Shown one piece after another: positions 46,111 to 54,291 of a stretch of DNA of 64,000 nucleotides. Where the stretch lies: positions 5,619 to 69,618 of IMG/VR virus record IMGVR_UViG_3300025580_000039; one strand, written 5' to 3'. The position numbers and the translations under genes were made by a program. A model generated the notes under the pieces. It had not been told where the DNA came from. It did no database searches and saw only the letters and a program-made list of their open reading frames with translations. Position 1 is the stretch's first letter, and each line of letters starts with the position of its first letter. This stretch comes from a virus. Its lineage: Duplodnaviria; Caudoviricetes.

Positions 46111-47947
46111 CTCCGTCTCCTTGTCGGGCTGCCCGGCGGGCAAGCGCATCCTCGAAGAGGCGTACGTTGTCGCGCGCCTCGGCCATGACTTCTTCGGGCG
46201 CGTCGTCGGGGATCTGCTCGACGACGATACGCGCCCACTTCAACCCTTCGTCCAGCAGACCCATCTCCCCGCAGACCATCGCGAGCCGTTGGGCCGGCAA
46301 GTACGTGTAGAACGGGCCGTCGTACCACCACTGCGTGATGGGCGCGTCACCGATCCGGACGGCCGAATACTTGTAGAACACGTGGGCCTGTTGGAGCTGG
46401 CCGGTCGCGTGCGCGAGGTCGCCCAGCATCAGCCAGTGCTCCGTGCGAGCCCAGTCGTCGAACGACATCGAATGGAGGAGCTGACGGGCCGTCTTGACGT
46501 CGTTGCGGCACTGCACCAGCAGCTTGGCCAGCACGAACTTGGCCATGTAGCGCATGGGCCCGTTCTTCGACGGCATCGCGATCAATTCTTCGAGGTACCG
46601 GATGGCCCGCTCGTCGTCGTACTCGCGCCACTCGAAGCCCAGGTAGAGGAGGGCGCCCTCCGAGCCCGTCTCCCGCCAGTCCTCCATGAGGGACAAGCGG
46701 TTCTGTACCTTGCGTTGCCCCCGCCGGAACTCCGTCCGCTCGTGGACGCGGTCGTGGATCGTCATGACGCCTGGGAGCAGGACGGCAAGCGAACCCTCGG
46801 GGTAGACGAGGAAGTTGTGAGTAGGACGCTTGAAATGGATGTTGTCCGGGTCGTTCCGGAACAGCCACTCGAAGAACCACTTGTCGCGCTGGCCGTGCGC
46901 CGTCCGCTGGACGACCCCGATCTTGGCGCCCTCGGGCAGCGCTTCGTCGAGGTGGAGGAGGATGTCCTGCCCCTTGCCGAGCCGTTCGTGTGCTTCGGTC
47001 ATGAAGATCCAGTCGCCCGAGCACTCCCGGATGCAGCGGTTGCGGCAGTGGGAGAAGTGGACCTGGGGGGCCTGGTCGTCGGGCGGACCCTGGGGGTCGT
47101 CGATGATGAAGACCTTCTCGGCGTACCTGCGGGCGATCTCCTCGGTGTTGTCCTTCGTGCGGTAGTCGATCCCGATCACCATCTCGTCGGCGATGCCGCG
47201 GAACGACGCGAGGGTGGCTTCGATGTCGGCCGCCTCATCGCGGGCCGGGAAGGTCACGCTGAGCGTGTAGGGCTTGTCGGCAAGGTCGCCGCACACGCCG
47301 AGCAGGAAGGGACCCATCACCTCGACGCGGCAGCGCTTCCCCCAGAACTCGCGCAGCAGCGTCAAGAACTCCAACGCCGTCCACTTGATCGTGTGCTGGG
47401 GCTCCTCGTCGGGGCCGAGCCGGTTGTTCGGCACCGAGAAGATGGCGCAGCCGGCCTCTTCGCTGGCCGCAGCAAGCAGACGGCGCCGCGCTCGATCGGA
47501 CAAGTGCTCCAGCACCTCCGTCGCCACGACGGCCGGGTGGGATTCGGCGACCAGGAAGCGCGGTGGGTTGGCCTCCGCCTCCAGGTCCACATTCAGCGTC
47601 TCGATGCCGGCGTCCTGCGCGATGCGCAGTGCCGACTCGCTGTGGTCCCACACGACGGTCCACAGCCCCTTCGCGGCGATCTGGGCCGCGAGAAGGCCGG
47701 CGCCCCCGCCGACATCGTAGACGGGCCCGTACGTCAGCCCACGACCGGTCCCCTTCGAGAGCAGCTTGGTGATCCGCTTGTAGACCCGTTCGAGCGCATG
47801 CTGCCGCCACGAGTCCTCCCCCTCCCGCTTCCAGATCCCATCCCAGAGGTCCCGCGCGTTGGCCGCACGGGCCCTGCGCTCCGCAGCCTCCCGGACGGCC
47901 TCCTCGATGGACGGCGAGCCAGTCAGCTCCATAGCCGCCTCACCCAT
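46091..47947 (-). CDS. SAM methyltransferase - GT2 glycosyltransferase - TPR fusion, 618 aa
   Basis: YDVGGGAG and ATEVLEHL (class I MTase); LSVTFPARDE...DEMVIGID...D.TEEIA...FSHCRN...GDWIFMTEAHE (GT2); helical TPR-like C-terminus (EHWLMLGDL.....QA..FY). Confidence 0.9.
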   Translation of the reverse strand: MGEAAMELTGSPSIEEAVREAAERRARAANARDLWDGIWKREGEDSWRQHALERVYKRITKLLSKGTGRGLTYGPVYDVGGGAGLLAAQIAAKGLWTVVWDHSESALRIAQDAGIETLNVDLEAEANPPRFLVAESHPAVVATEVLEHLSDRARRRLLAAASEEAGCAIFSVPNNRLGPDEEPQHTIKWTALEFLTLLREFWGKRCRVEVMGPFLLGVCGDLADKPYTLSVTFPARDEAADIEATLASFRGIADEMVIGIDYRTKDNTEEIARRYAEKVFIIDDPQGPPDDQAPQVHFSHCRNRCIRECSGDWIFMTEAHERLGKGQDILLHLDEALPEGAKIGVVQRTAHGQRDKWFFEWLFRNDPDNIHFKRPTHNFLVYPEGSLAVLLPGVMTIHDRVHERTEFRRGQRKVQNRLSLMEDWRETGSEGALLYLGFEWREYDDERAIRYLEELIAMPSKNGPMRYMAKFVLAKLLVQCRNDVKTARQLLHSMSFDDWARTEHWLMLGDLAHATGQLQQAHVFYKYSAVRIGDAPITQWWYDGPFYTYLPAQRLAMVCGEMGLLDEGLKWARIVVEQIPDDAPEEVMAEARDNVRLFEDALARRAARQGDGDDDEDA

Positions 47948-48194
47948 TGCCGCCCCCCTCCTCCCCGTCCTTCTCGGGGGCCGGGGGCAGCACCGACATC
48001 CTGGCGACCGTCTCGTCGGCGACCTCGGCGGTCTTGTCGAGGTTCTCGTCGGCCGCGTTGAGCTGGTCGCCGACCTTCTCGTACAGGCGGGTCACCTGCG
48101 TGATCTCATCATCGCCCTCACGCCGACGGTTCCGCTTCGACCCGGCATGGATCGCGTACGTGGACGTGAAGGTCTGGCGGCGCTCGTCCTTCAC
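47940..48194 (-). CDS. Small coiled-coil protein, 84 aa (GTG 48194)
   Basis: CAGGAG RBS and GTGA overlap with the upstream stop. Confidence 0.6.
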   Translation of the reverse strand: MKDERRQTFTSTYAIHAGSKRNRRREGDDEITQVTRLYEKVGDQLNAADENLDKTAEVADETVARMSVLPPAPEKDGEEGGGNG

Positions 48195-48502
48195 CAGCGT
48201 CGCTCCTGAAGGGCGGTCGCCAACGTGTTGAGCGCGGTGCGGAGCTTGTCCATCGTTGAATCGACCTTGAGTGTCAGGTCCATGAGGCGACCGGCAATCG
48301 CCTGCGCTTCTTGCAGGCGCTTCTCCTGGATTTCCAGGATCGCCTTCTCGTGGGCCTTGCTGGCCTCGCGAAGCTCCCGGGCGAGCGCCTCCTTCGAGTT
48401 CCACAGGGCGCGGACGACCAGCGCAAACGCCACCGCGAGTGCCCCGAACAGGACGGCAACCACACCCCCCTTGCTCAACAGGTGATCGAAGAAGGTCCAC
48501 AC
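48191..48502 (-). CDS. Membrane protein (one TM plus coiled coil), lysis cassette, 103 aa
   Basis: GGVVAVLFGALAVAFALVVRALW followed by heptads. Confidence 0.75.
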   Translation of the reverse strand: MWTFFDHLLSKGGVVAVLFGALAVAFALVVRALWNSKEALARELREASKAHEKAILEIQEKRLQEAQAIAGRLMDLTLKVDSTMDKLRTALNTLATALQERRW

Positions 48503-48505
48503 CGG

Positions 48506-48931
48506 TCATCCTGGGGCCTGAAGCCCGAATGCAAGCCCGACGGCGAGGACGCCGGCTGCCAGCGCCCCCATCGCGAACCAGAAGGTTGGGGTCTCGTACC
48601 AGGAGGTACGGACCGGATGGACCGAGCGGAGCGTCCTGGCGAACGACTCCTTCCAGATGCGTGCGACCTGCTCGGTCAGGCGGAGGTTGGTGGTGAGGAG
48701 GCGGACCTGCTCGTCAGCAAGCTGGAGGTTGCGGGTCATCCTCGGCACGACGGTGTCGCGGAGGGAACGGTAGTCCTCGATGTCACGCATGAGCCGGTTG
48801 GCCGCCTCACGCGGGAACCAGGTGCCCGGGGCCCCCTGGACGACCAGGTCGCGGGTCTCAGGCGGCTGAGACGGCTGAGCGGCCGCGCGGGCGGGGACCA
48901 GCAGGACGGCCATGATGAGCAGGGCGCGCAT
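48506..48931 (-). CDS. Signal peptide plus coiled coil plus C-terminal TM protein, 141 aa (start 48931)
   Basis: MRALLIMAVLLVPARAAAQ signal; C-terminal WYETPTFWFAMGALAAGVLAVGLAFG; TGATG overlap. Confidence 0.75.
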   Translation of the reverse strand: MRALLIMAVLLVPARAAAQPSQPPETRDLVVQGAPGTWFPREAANRLMRDIEDYRSLRDTVVPRMTRNLQLADEQVRLLTTNLRLTEQVARIWKESFARTLRSVHPVRTSWYETPTFWFAMGALAAGVLAVGLAFGLQAPG

Positions 48932-49218
48932 CACCCCTCGTCCGGCTCCCGGCCGTTCGGCTCTTCTTCGTCCTGCCCGTTGCCCAGCGGACCGCTGATG
49001 CCGACCAGCGCGGGACACGGGACCGTCCGGATCGCTTCCGCCACCACCTGCTTGATGACGCCGTTGCGCAGACCCTTGACCTCCGTCTCCAACGCTTCGA
49101 TCTTCTCGGCGGTGGTCTTGCGGAAGTCGCTCAGGGTGGCGGCGATGTCGATGACGCTCGACTCGATCGTCTTGAGCGACCTCCGGACAGTTTCCTCGAA
49201 CTTGTCGTCCTTCTCCAC
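48931..49218 (-). CDS. Small coiled-coil protein, 95 aa
   Basis: AAGGAAGG RBS; heptads; acidic tail. Confidence 0.7.
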   Translation of the reverse strand: MEKDDKFEETVRRSLKTIESSVIDIAATLSDFRKTTAEKIEALETEVKGLRNGVIKQVVAEAIRTVPCPALVGISGPLGNGQDEEEPNGREPDEG

Positions 49219-49232
49219 CGCCGTCCTTCCTT

Positions 49233-49589
49233 TCAGTAGCCCAGCTCCCGAAACCGGGCGGCCAGTTGTTCATCGCTCAGGCCGTCGATGCGCCCTTGCA
49301 CCTCGACGACCCTCTTGCGCTCCTGCTTGATCTGCTCGTCGAGGGCGGCCCGTTCGGCCGGGATCTCGGCGAGCCTGGCGGCGTTCCGGACCTTCTGGCC
49401 CTCCAGGTAGGCGACCCGCGCCTCGGCCGCCTTGATGGCGAGCTGGCCACGGAGACGGTCGGCCTCCCGTTCGGCCCCGGCCCTCTTGAGCCGGATGTAG
49501 CCGATGTAGCCGACGACGCCCAGCAGTGCGACGACCGCGAGCTTCGCGCCGAGCGAAATCTTCGCCCATGCCGTCGCCAACCAAGTCAT
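49233..49589 (-). CDS. Rz/i-spanin-like protein, 118 aa (start 49589)
   Basis: N-terminal TM (LAVVALLGVVGYIGYI) then a long coiled coil; follows the holin with an ATGA overlap. Confidence 0.6.
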   Translation of the reverse strand: MTWLATAWAKISLGAKLAVVALLGVVGYIGYIRLKRAGAEREADRLRGQLAIKAAEARVAYLEGQKVRNAARLAEIPAERAALDEQIKQERKRVVEVQGRIDGLSDEQLAARFRELGY

Positions 49590-49990
49590 CCGCGGGTGTC
49601 CTCGGGCTTGGGGGGTACGGGGGTGCCGCCTGGGAGGTCGATGTCGATCCCCCTCTTCTTGAGCAGCCCCTTGACGACCTCGTAGGCGAACACCGAAACG
49701 GCCCCCGCCATCCCGAAGTACCCACATTGCTCGACGACAGTGTCGACGCCCGGTTCCGGCATCTTCCAGAAGAACCCGAGCGCCAGGCCGGTCACGACTG
49801 GATGGAGCGGGAGGGTCTTGCGCCCCCACCACCAGATCCACTGGGACGACCGCTTCATCCGGGCCTGCGCGTCCGTGAAGACCCGCTTGTTCATGACGGT
49901 CCCGACGAGTCCGAACACCACGACGGCCGCGAGGAACGCCCAGTGCTTCATGACCAAGTCGACAACCCGTTCCACCGTCTCCATCGTCAT
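49586..49990 (-). CDS. Holin-like protein with three TM segments, 134 aa (start 49990)
   Basis: Three hydrophobic segments; GAVSVFAYEVVK; basic/charged C-terminal tail. Confidence 0.7.
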   Translation of the reverse strand: MTMETVERVVDLVMKHWAFLAAVVVFGLVGTVMNKRVFTDAQARMKRSSQWIWWWGRKTLPLHPVVTGLALGFFWKMPEPGVDTVVEQCGYFGMAGAVSVFAYEVVKGLLKKRGIDIDLPGGTPVPPKPEDTRG

Positions 49991-50943
49991 CCTTGCTCGA
50001 TCGTCATCGCCATGAACTCGATCGTCATGGCGAGGTCGACCGTGTCGGCGTTGTCGATCCGGACCGTGATGGGAAGCCCGCGAACGTCGCCTTGCTGGGG
50101 GTTCGAGCTGGGCTCGTTGGCCGACCAAACGCGGCCGGCGTCGCCCGGATCGTAGATGAGGTACTCGTCGTTGGTGATGCGCGCGGTTGGGGCCCCCTGG
50201 TTGGTGGGGCCGAAAAACACCTGGGACGTGAAGTTGCGCGTCTGGGCGGTCGGGAACGTGGTGGTGACGGCCAGGACATCGTTCTGGTCGGCGCCCGGTA
50301 GCGACCCAGCGTCGACCACGACCGTGATGGCCTGGGTATCGTCGCCGAGCGTGATGGGGTCGGACTCGTTGCCGACCGGAAGGCTGATGACCGTCACGTC
50401 CACCGACATTGACGAGCCGTCCCCGCCGGCCAGGACGAAGACGCCGCCGGCCCCGACGTTGACGGCGGCGCCGGGTGCGCCTGCGCCGGGCGCCTGCCAT
50501 GTCAGCTCGGTCGTCCCCACGTTCCACGAGAGCGTCCCCGCCCCGTTGGCCGCATCGCTCGTGACCGAGAGGATGTCGACGCCCGTCACGGTGACGGGCT
50601 GGGTGATGGAGCGGCCCCGCAGTGTGAACGTGCCTCCCAGGGTCACGTCGATGGCCCGGCCGGGCCCCCCCGCACCGGGCGGCTGCCAGTCGAGCGTGGT
50701 GGCGGCGAACACGAACGACAGCGTTCCGGACCCATCCGGAACGGCGGCCGCCACCCCCGTCACCGCCACGCCCGTCACGTTGACGGGCTGCTCGATGTAG
50801 CGGGCCCCCACGACAATCTCGTCGGCCGCAGGAACTCCCCAGATGGTCAGGTCGTTGAAGGGGCGGTCCTGCCTGGCCATCACGACGTCCCTGACCGAAC
50901 CGGCCGGGACGACGACGCGCTGGGTGCTCCGGACGAACCTCAT
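49987..50943 (-). CDS. Virion protein, paralog of 50946..51662, two nested shared modules, 318 aa
   Basis: Shares MRF.R.T..V.VPA.S..DV.M.R.DR.F and YDPGDA.R.W..NEPSSN with its neighbour. Confidence 0.85.
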   Translation of the reverse strand: MRFVRSTQRVVVPAGSVRDVVMARQDRPFNDLTIWGVPAADEIVVGARYIEQPVNVTGVAVTGVAAAVPDGSGTLSFVFAATTLDWQPPGAGGPGRAIDVTLGGTFTLRGRSITQPVTVTGVDILSVTSDAANGAGTLSWNVGTTELTWQAPGAGAPGAAVNVGAGGVFVLAGGDGSSMSVDVTVISLPVGNESDPITLGDDTQAITVVVDAGSLPGADQNDVLAVTTTFPTAQTRNFTSQVFFGPTNQGAPTARITNDEYLIYDPGDAGRVWSANEPSSNPQQGDVRGLPITVRIDNADTVDLAMTIEFMAMTIEQG

Positions 50944-50945
50944 GG

Positions 50946-51662
50946 CTAGCCCTGGTCGATCGTCATCGAGGTGAACTCGATGGTGATGTCGAGGTCGTTG
51001 GCGATGTCGGTGTTGATGACCCGACAGGTGACCGGGAAACCGCGTGCCTGGTTGGTCGTCCCTTTCTGGGGGGAGTTGGAGCTGGGCTCGTTGGGCGGCC
51101 AGATCCGAACGGCGTCGCCCGGGTCGTACGCGAGGTACGCCTCATCGTTCACGCGGGCGGCCGCTGCTCCTTGGGCGGTCTGGCCGAAGAAAATCTGGGT
51201 CGTGAAGGATCGGACCTGCGCGGCCGCCACCACCAGCGTCACGGCGATCACGTCGGACGCGTCCGCCCCGGGGAGGAGGGAGAGGTCGACGTCGACGTCG
51301 ACGTAGCTGCCGTCGCCGCCCTGAAGCCGCACGAGCAGGCTGCCGGTCGTGGCAGACGGGAGCCCGACGGCCGGCCCCGGTGCCGGGCTACCCGGCGCCT
51401 GCCATTGCAGGGCCCGCGGGCGGATCGTGAACGACAGCGTGCCCGTCGCCGTCCCCGTGACGGTCGTCTCGGAGACGCGCAAGACCGTCACGCCCGTCAC
51501 GTTGACGAGAGCGCCGAGCGTACGGTCCCCGTTGGTCCGGCCGGTCGAAGGGATCGCCCAAACGGTCAGCTCGCGGAACGCGCGGTCCTCGCGCGGCATC
51601 ATGACGTCGAGGGCCGAATCGGCCGGCACTCGAACGGTCCTGGTGTATCGATTGAACCGCAT
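50946..51662 (-). CDS. Virion protein with one shared module, 238 aa
   Basis: GGGAGG RBS; colinear with the downstream paralog. Confidence 0.85.
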   Translation of the reverse strand: MRFNRYTRTVRVPADSALDVMMPREDRAFRELTVWAIPSTGRTNGDRTLGALVNVTGVTVLRVSETTVTGTATGTLSFTIRPRALQWQAPGSPAPGPAVGLPSATTGSLLVRLQGGDGSYVDVDVDLSLLPGADASDVIAVTLVVAAAQVRSFTTQIFFGQTAQGAAAARVNDEAYLAYDPGDAVRIWPPNEPSSNSPQKGTTNQARGFPVTCRVINTDIANDLDITIEFTSMTIDQG

Positions 51663-51685
51663 GTTCCGCGAGCCTCCCTACCACC

Positions 51686-52960
51686 TCAGCCCGGCATGCC
51701 CTGCCGGTGGATGAACTCGTCGCCGTCATCCGACTCGACCGGGGCCTCCTCGGGGCTCGGGATCTCGTGGAGGTGCTGCAACTCCACGGTCGCCCACCGC
51801 TTCACGGACGGCCAGTACCCCTTGGACCGGACGTGCTCCAGCTCGTCCTCGGTCAGGCGGCCGAGCGTCTGAAGCTCCTGGAGGATCTTGGACGCCGGCC
51901 GGATGTTGCCCGGGTTGATGGCGGTGCCGTCCCCGGCCGCCCGCTTCTGCTCGTCGACGACGTCCTGCTGGACGTTGTACATGAGGATGCGGATGCGGTC
52001 CCGGATCGCCTCCTCCTCGGTGACGAACTCGTTGGACGCGACCCGCTGGTGCTCGCCGAAGTGGGTGGCGCCCGCCGGCCCGCTGCCTGCCTCGACGACC
52101 CGGTGGATCGGCTTGGGGGCGGGGCCGTCCTCGACGGTCTCCCGGTAGGCCAGCCGGGCCTGCTCGGAGCGGCGCATCGCCTCCTCGGTGGAGATGCGGA
52201 GGGCGGCGGCGCGCTGCTCGTAGTAGGCGCGGTACTCGTCCTCCTCCATGATGCGGAGGTACCGCTGGTTGGTCTCACGGTTGCGCGCGTTGAACGCCTT
52301 GCGGACGTCGACCGACTGCTTGAGATCCTGGAACGACACCATCGAGGTGAGGTTGACGGGATCGGGGGATGCGGGGATCGAGATGGACGTGTAGTTGCCG
52401 TTCGGCAGCCTGAACTCGATGACGAAGTTGGACGCGTGGAGGTTCTGGACGTAGATGTCCCGCTCCTCCCGCCAGAACTCCGTCCAGTTGAGGATGTCGC
52501 CGTTCTTGTCGAGATACTGCTTGCTGCTCATTGGAGGTCTCCTTTCGACCTGTACGCGACCGGTCCGGACCAACCGGATGGTCGGTGGCTCAAGCGTGAC
52601 AACGAAGGCGCGGCCTTCCCGAAGGAAGCCGGTCGCCTTGTGGGCAAGGAAGACGGTCGCGAACGAGCCATCTGGGCTGAGGACCCGGACGGGCTCGTCA
52701 TGGCGACGGAAGTAGTAGCGTTCGCCCGGCGGTGCCCCCAGGCTGCCGCGTCGTAGGCGAAGGGTGCAGAGCGGTTGGTACGCGAAGACGTACGCATCGC
52801 GGTCGCGCAGTAGGATGCGCGCTCGACCGCTCGACACGTAGTAGAGGAAGAGGCGGTTGGGATCGATGACGGCAACGAGTGGCTTGCCGTTGCCGTTGCC
52901 TCCTCGCTCTCCGTTGGATCCCACACCATCGTCTCCAGTTCTCCGAAGGGCTTGCACCAA
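51686..52960 (-). CDS. ORF with N-terminal tandem PLMP/RRXRR-like domains in frame with a 281-aa post-capsid protein (strong internal start at 52531)
   Basis: GAAAGGAG-N7-ATG at 52531 (MSSKQYLDK...). The upstream frame is open, GC3-rich and contains two 40-41 aa PLMP-like units; its start is uncertain (TTG 52960 or GTG 52924). Confidence 0.7.
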   Translation of the reverse strand: MVQALRRTGDDGVGSNGERGGNGNGKPLVAVIDPNRLFLYYVSSGRARILLRDRDAYVFAYQPLCTLRLRRGSLGAPPGERYYFRRHDEPVRVLSPDGSFATVFLAHKATGFLREGRAFVVTLEPPTIRLVRTGRVQVERRPPMSSKQYLDKNGDILNWTEFWREERDIYVQNLHASNFVIEFRLPNGNYTSISIPASPDPVNLTSMVSFQDLKQSVDVRKAFNARNRETNQRYLRIMEEDEYRAYYEQRAAALRISTEEAMRRSEQARLAYRETVEDGPAPKPIHRVVEAGSGPAGATHFGEHQRVASNEFVTEEEAIRDRIRILMYNVQQDVVDEQKRAAGDGTAINPGNIRPASKILQELQTLGRLTEDELEHVRSKGYWPSVKRWATVELQHLHEIPSPEEAPVESDDGDEFIHRQGMPG

Positions 52961-53007
52961 CTCCTGGTGGTCAGTAGCTCGTGCAAAACCTCCCGACCTT
53001 AGTGACC

Positions 53008-53039
53008 CCGCCGGTGGAGCGCTGGGACTCCACCGGCGG
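53008..53039 (-). terminator. Perfect 12-bp hairpin after the major capsid gene (no U-tract)
   Basis: CCGCCGGTGGAG-8nt-CTCCACCGGCGG, starting about 27 nt after the MCP stop. Confidence 0.6.
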
Positions 53040-53066
53040 TGTCGATGACGCTTCAGTGGGGCGCGG

Positions 53067-54272
53067 TTACGGCTTCGCGCCCTTCGCGACCGCCCGAGCG
53101 TTCGGGATGCCGAAGCCGATGATCTCGCAGAACGCCCATCCCTTGACGGTCTCCTGCGTGACGAACCGGTTGTACGGCTCCGAGAACAGCTCGACCCGGA
53201 CGCCCATCTCTCCGAGGTACTCGGAGCCCGTGACCGCGTAGAAGGTTCCCGCGGGCACGACTTCCTCGACGCCCGTACCGGCCGTCGTGATGATCTGGGC
53301 GTTCAGGTAGTTGCCGATGTAGCCGGCGAGGATGAGTTCCCGCTCGGTCACCGGGTCGACGGTCGTCGACATCGTCTTGATGATGTCCGAGAGTTCCGCA
53401 CGGTTGATGAGGAACTTCTCGACGATCAGACGGTGCCGCTCGACCTGGTAGCGCACGTCCTCGAACGCGCCCGTCCCGAGGGACGTGAACGTCGTGGCCG
53501 TGTTGACCGCGGTCGAGGCACGGTCGAGCAGCAGGCGACCGCGCTTGTCCTCGTTCAGCTCGATCTCCTGCCGCGCGGTGTCCTGCGCGCGATCGAGCAC
53601 GTCGTAGTTCATCTGGTAGATGTCGAAGATGTCGACGCTCGTGAAAGCGACGATCTTCGTCTCATCCGGCTGGATGTACCGACCGTGGAGGCGAGCCTCG
53701 ATGGCCTGTCCATCCTGACCGACGACGAACGCGACGCTGCGAACGTCCTTCGCGATCCTGAACAGCTCGCCCTGCGCGAGCGGACGCACGCGGTACACCT
53801 TGCGCGCCCATCCCTCGTAGTCGACGATGTCCTTGATCGGAAGGAGGAGTTCCTGACCGACGAGGGCGAAGCCCTCCCCGGTCGGGTCCTGAAGCGCCTG
53901 GGCCACGATGTTCATCTTGGCCTGACGCTCCTGGAGGGACTCGCGCTGAGCAGCCGCCTTCATGATCGACTGCTGAGCGCCCGGGCCCACGTTCTGGAGC
54001 AGGTGGGCGATCTGCCGAAGGACATCTCCGTTGTCGTAGGCGGACATCTGCCCCGACTTGTCGAACATGCGGTCCTTCGACTCCGCACGGCCCGACCCCG
54101 GACCGGTCTTGCGACCGGCCTGGCGGAGGGGGTTGAGCTGCCCAGACTCGTCCCACACACGCTCCTCCGCCTTCGACGTCGGAGTGTGGCGGACGCTGCC
54201 GAGCGGCAGGCCCCTCGATGCGACCTTGGGTGTTCCGGACTGGGAGGTCCGGAACGGATTCACTCGTTCCAT
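53067..54272 (-). CDS. Major capsid protein (HK97 fold), 401 aa
   Basis: LLLPIKDIVDYEGWARK...LAQGE...KD, DRAQDTARQEIELNED and final GW...E.IGF...N.RAV; follows protease and decoration genes. Confidence 0.9.
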   Translation of the reverse strand: MERVNPFRTSQSGTPKVASRGLPLGSVRHTPTSKAEERVWDESGQLNPLRQAGRKTGPGSGRAESKDRMFDKSGQMSAYDNGDVLRQIAHLLQNVGPGAQQSIMKAAAQRESLQERQAKMNIVAQALQDPTGEGFALVGQELLLPIKDIVDYEGWARKVYRVRPLAQGELFRIAKDVRSVAFVVGQDGQAIEARLHGRYIQPDETKIVAFTSVDIFDIYQMNYDVLDRAQDTARQEIELNEDKRGRLLLDRASTAVNTATTFTSLGTGAFEDVRYQVERHRLIVEKFLINRAELSDIIKTMSTTVDPVTERELILAGYIGNYLNAQIITTAGTGVEEVVPAGTFYAVTGSEYLGEMGVRVELFSEPYNRFVTQETVKGWAFCEIIGFGIPNARAVAKGAKP

Positions 54273-54291
54273 CTCATTCCTCCGTTGTCCG

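Noticed and set aside
49984-49990. Holin dual-start (Met-Thr-Met) holin/antiholin switch
   Set aside because: It lacks the positively charged residue of the lambda-type Met-Lys-Met motif, and there is no independent support.
52528-52986. 152-aa alternative-frame ORF (MHELLTTRSW...)
   Set aside because: Its S/T-rich composition is typical of an off-frame reading; the overlapping PLMP frame has coding-like codon usage and recognisable motifs.
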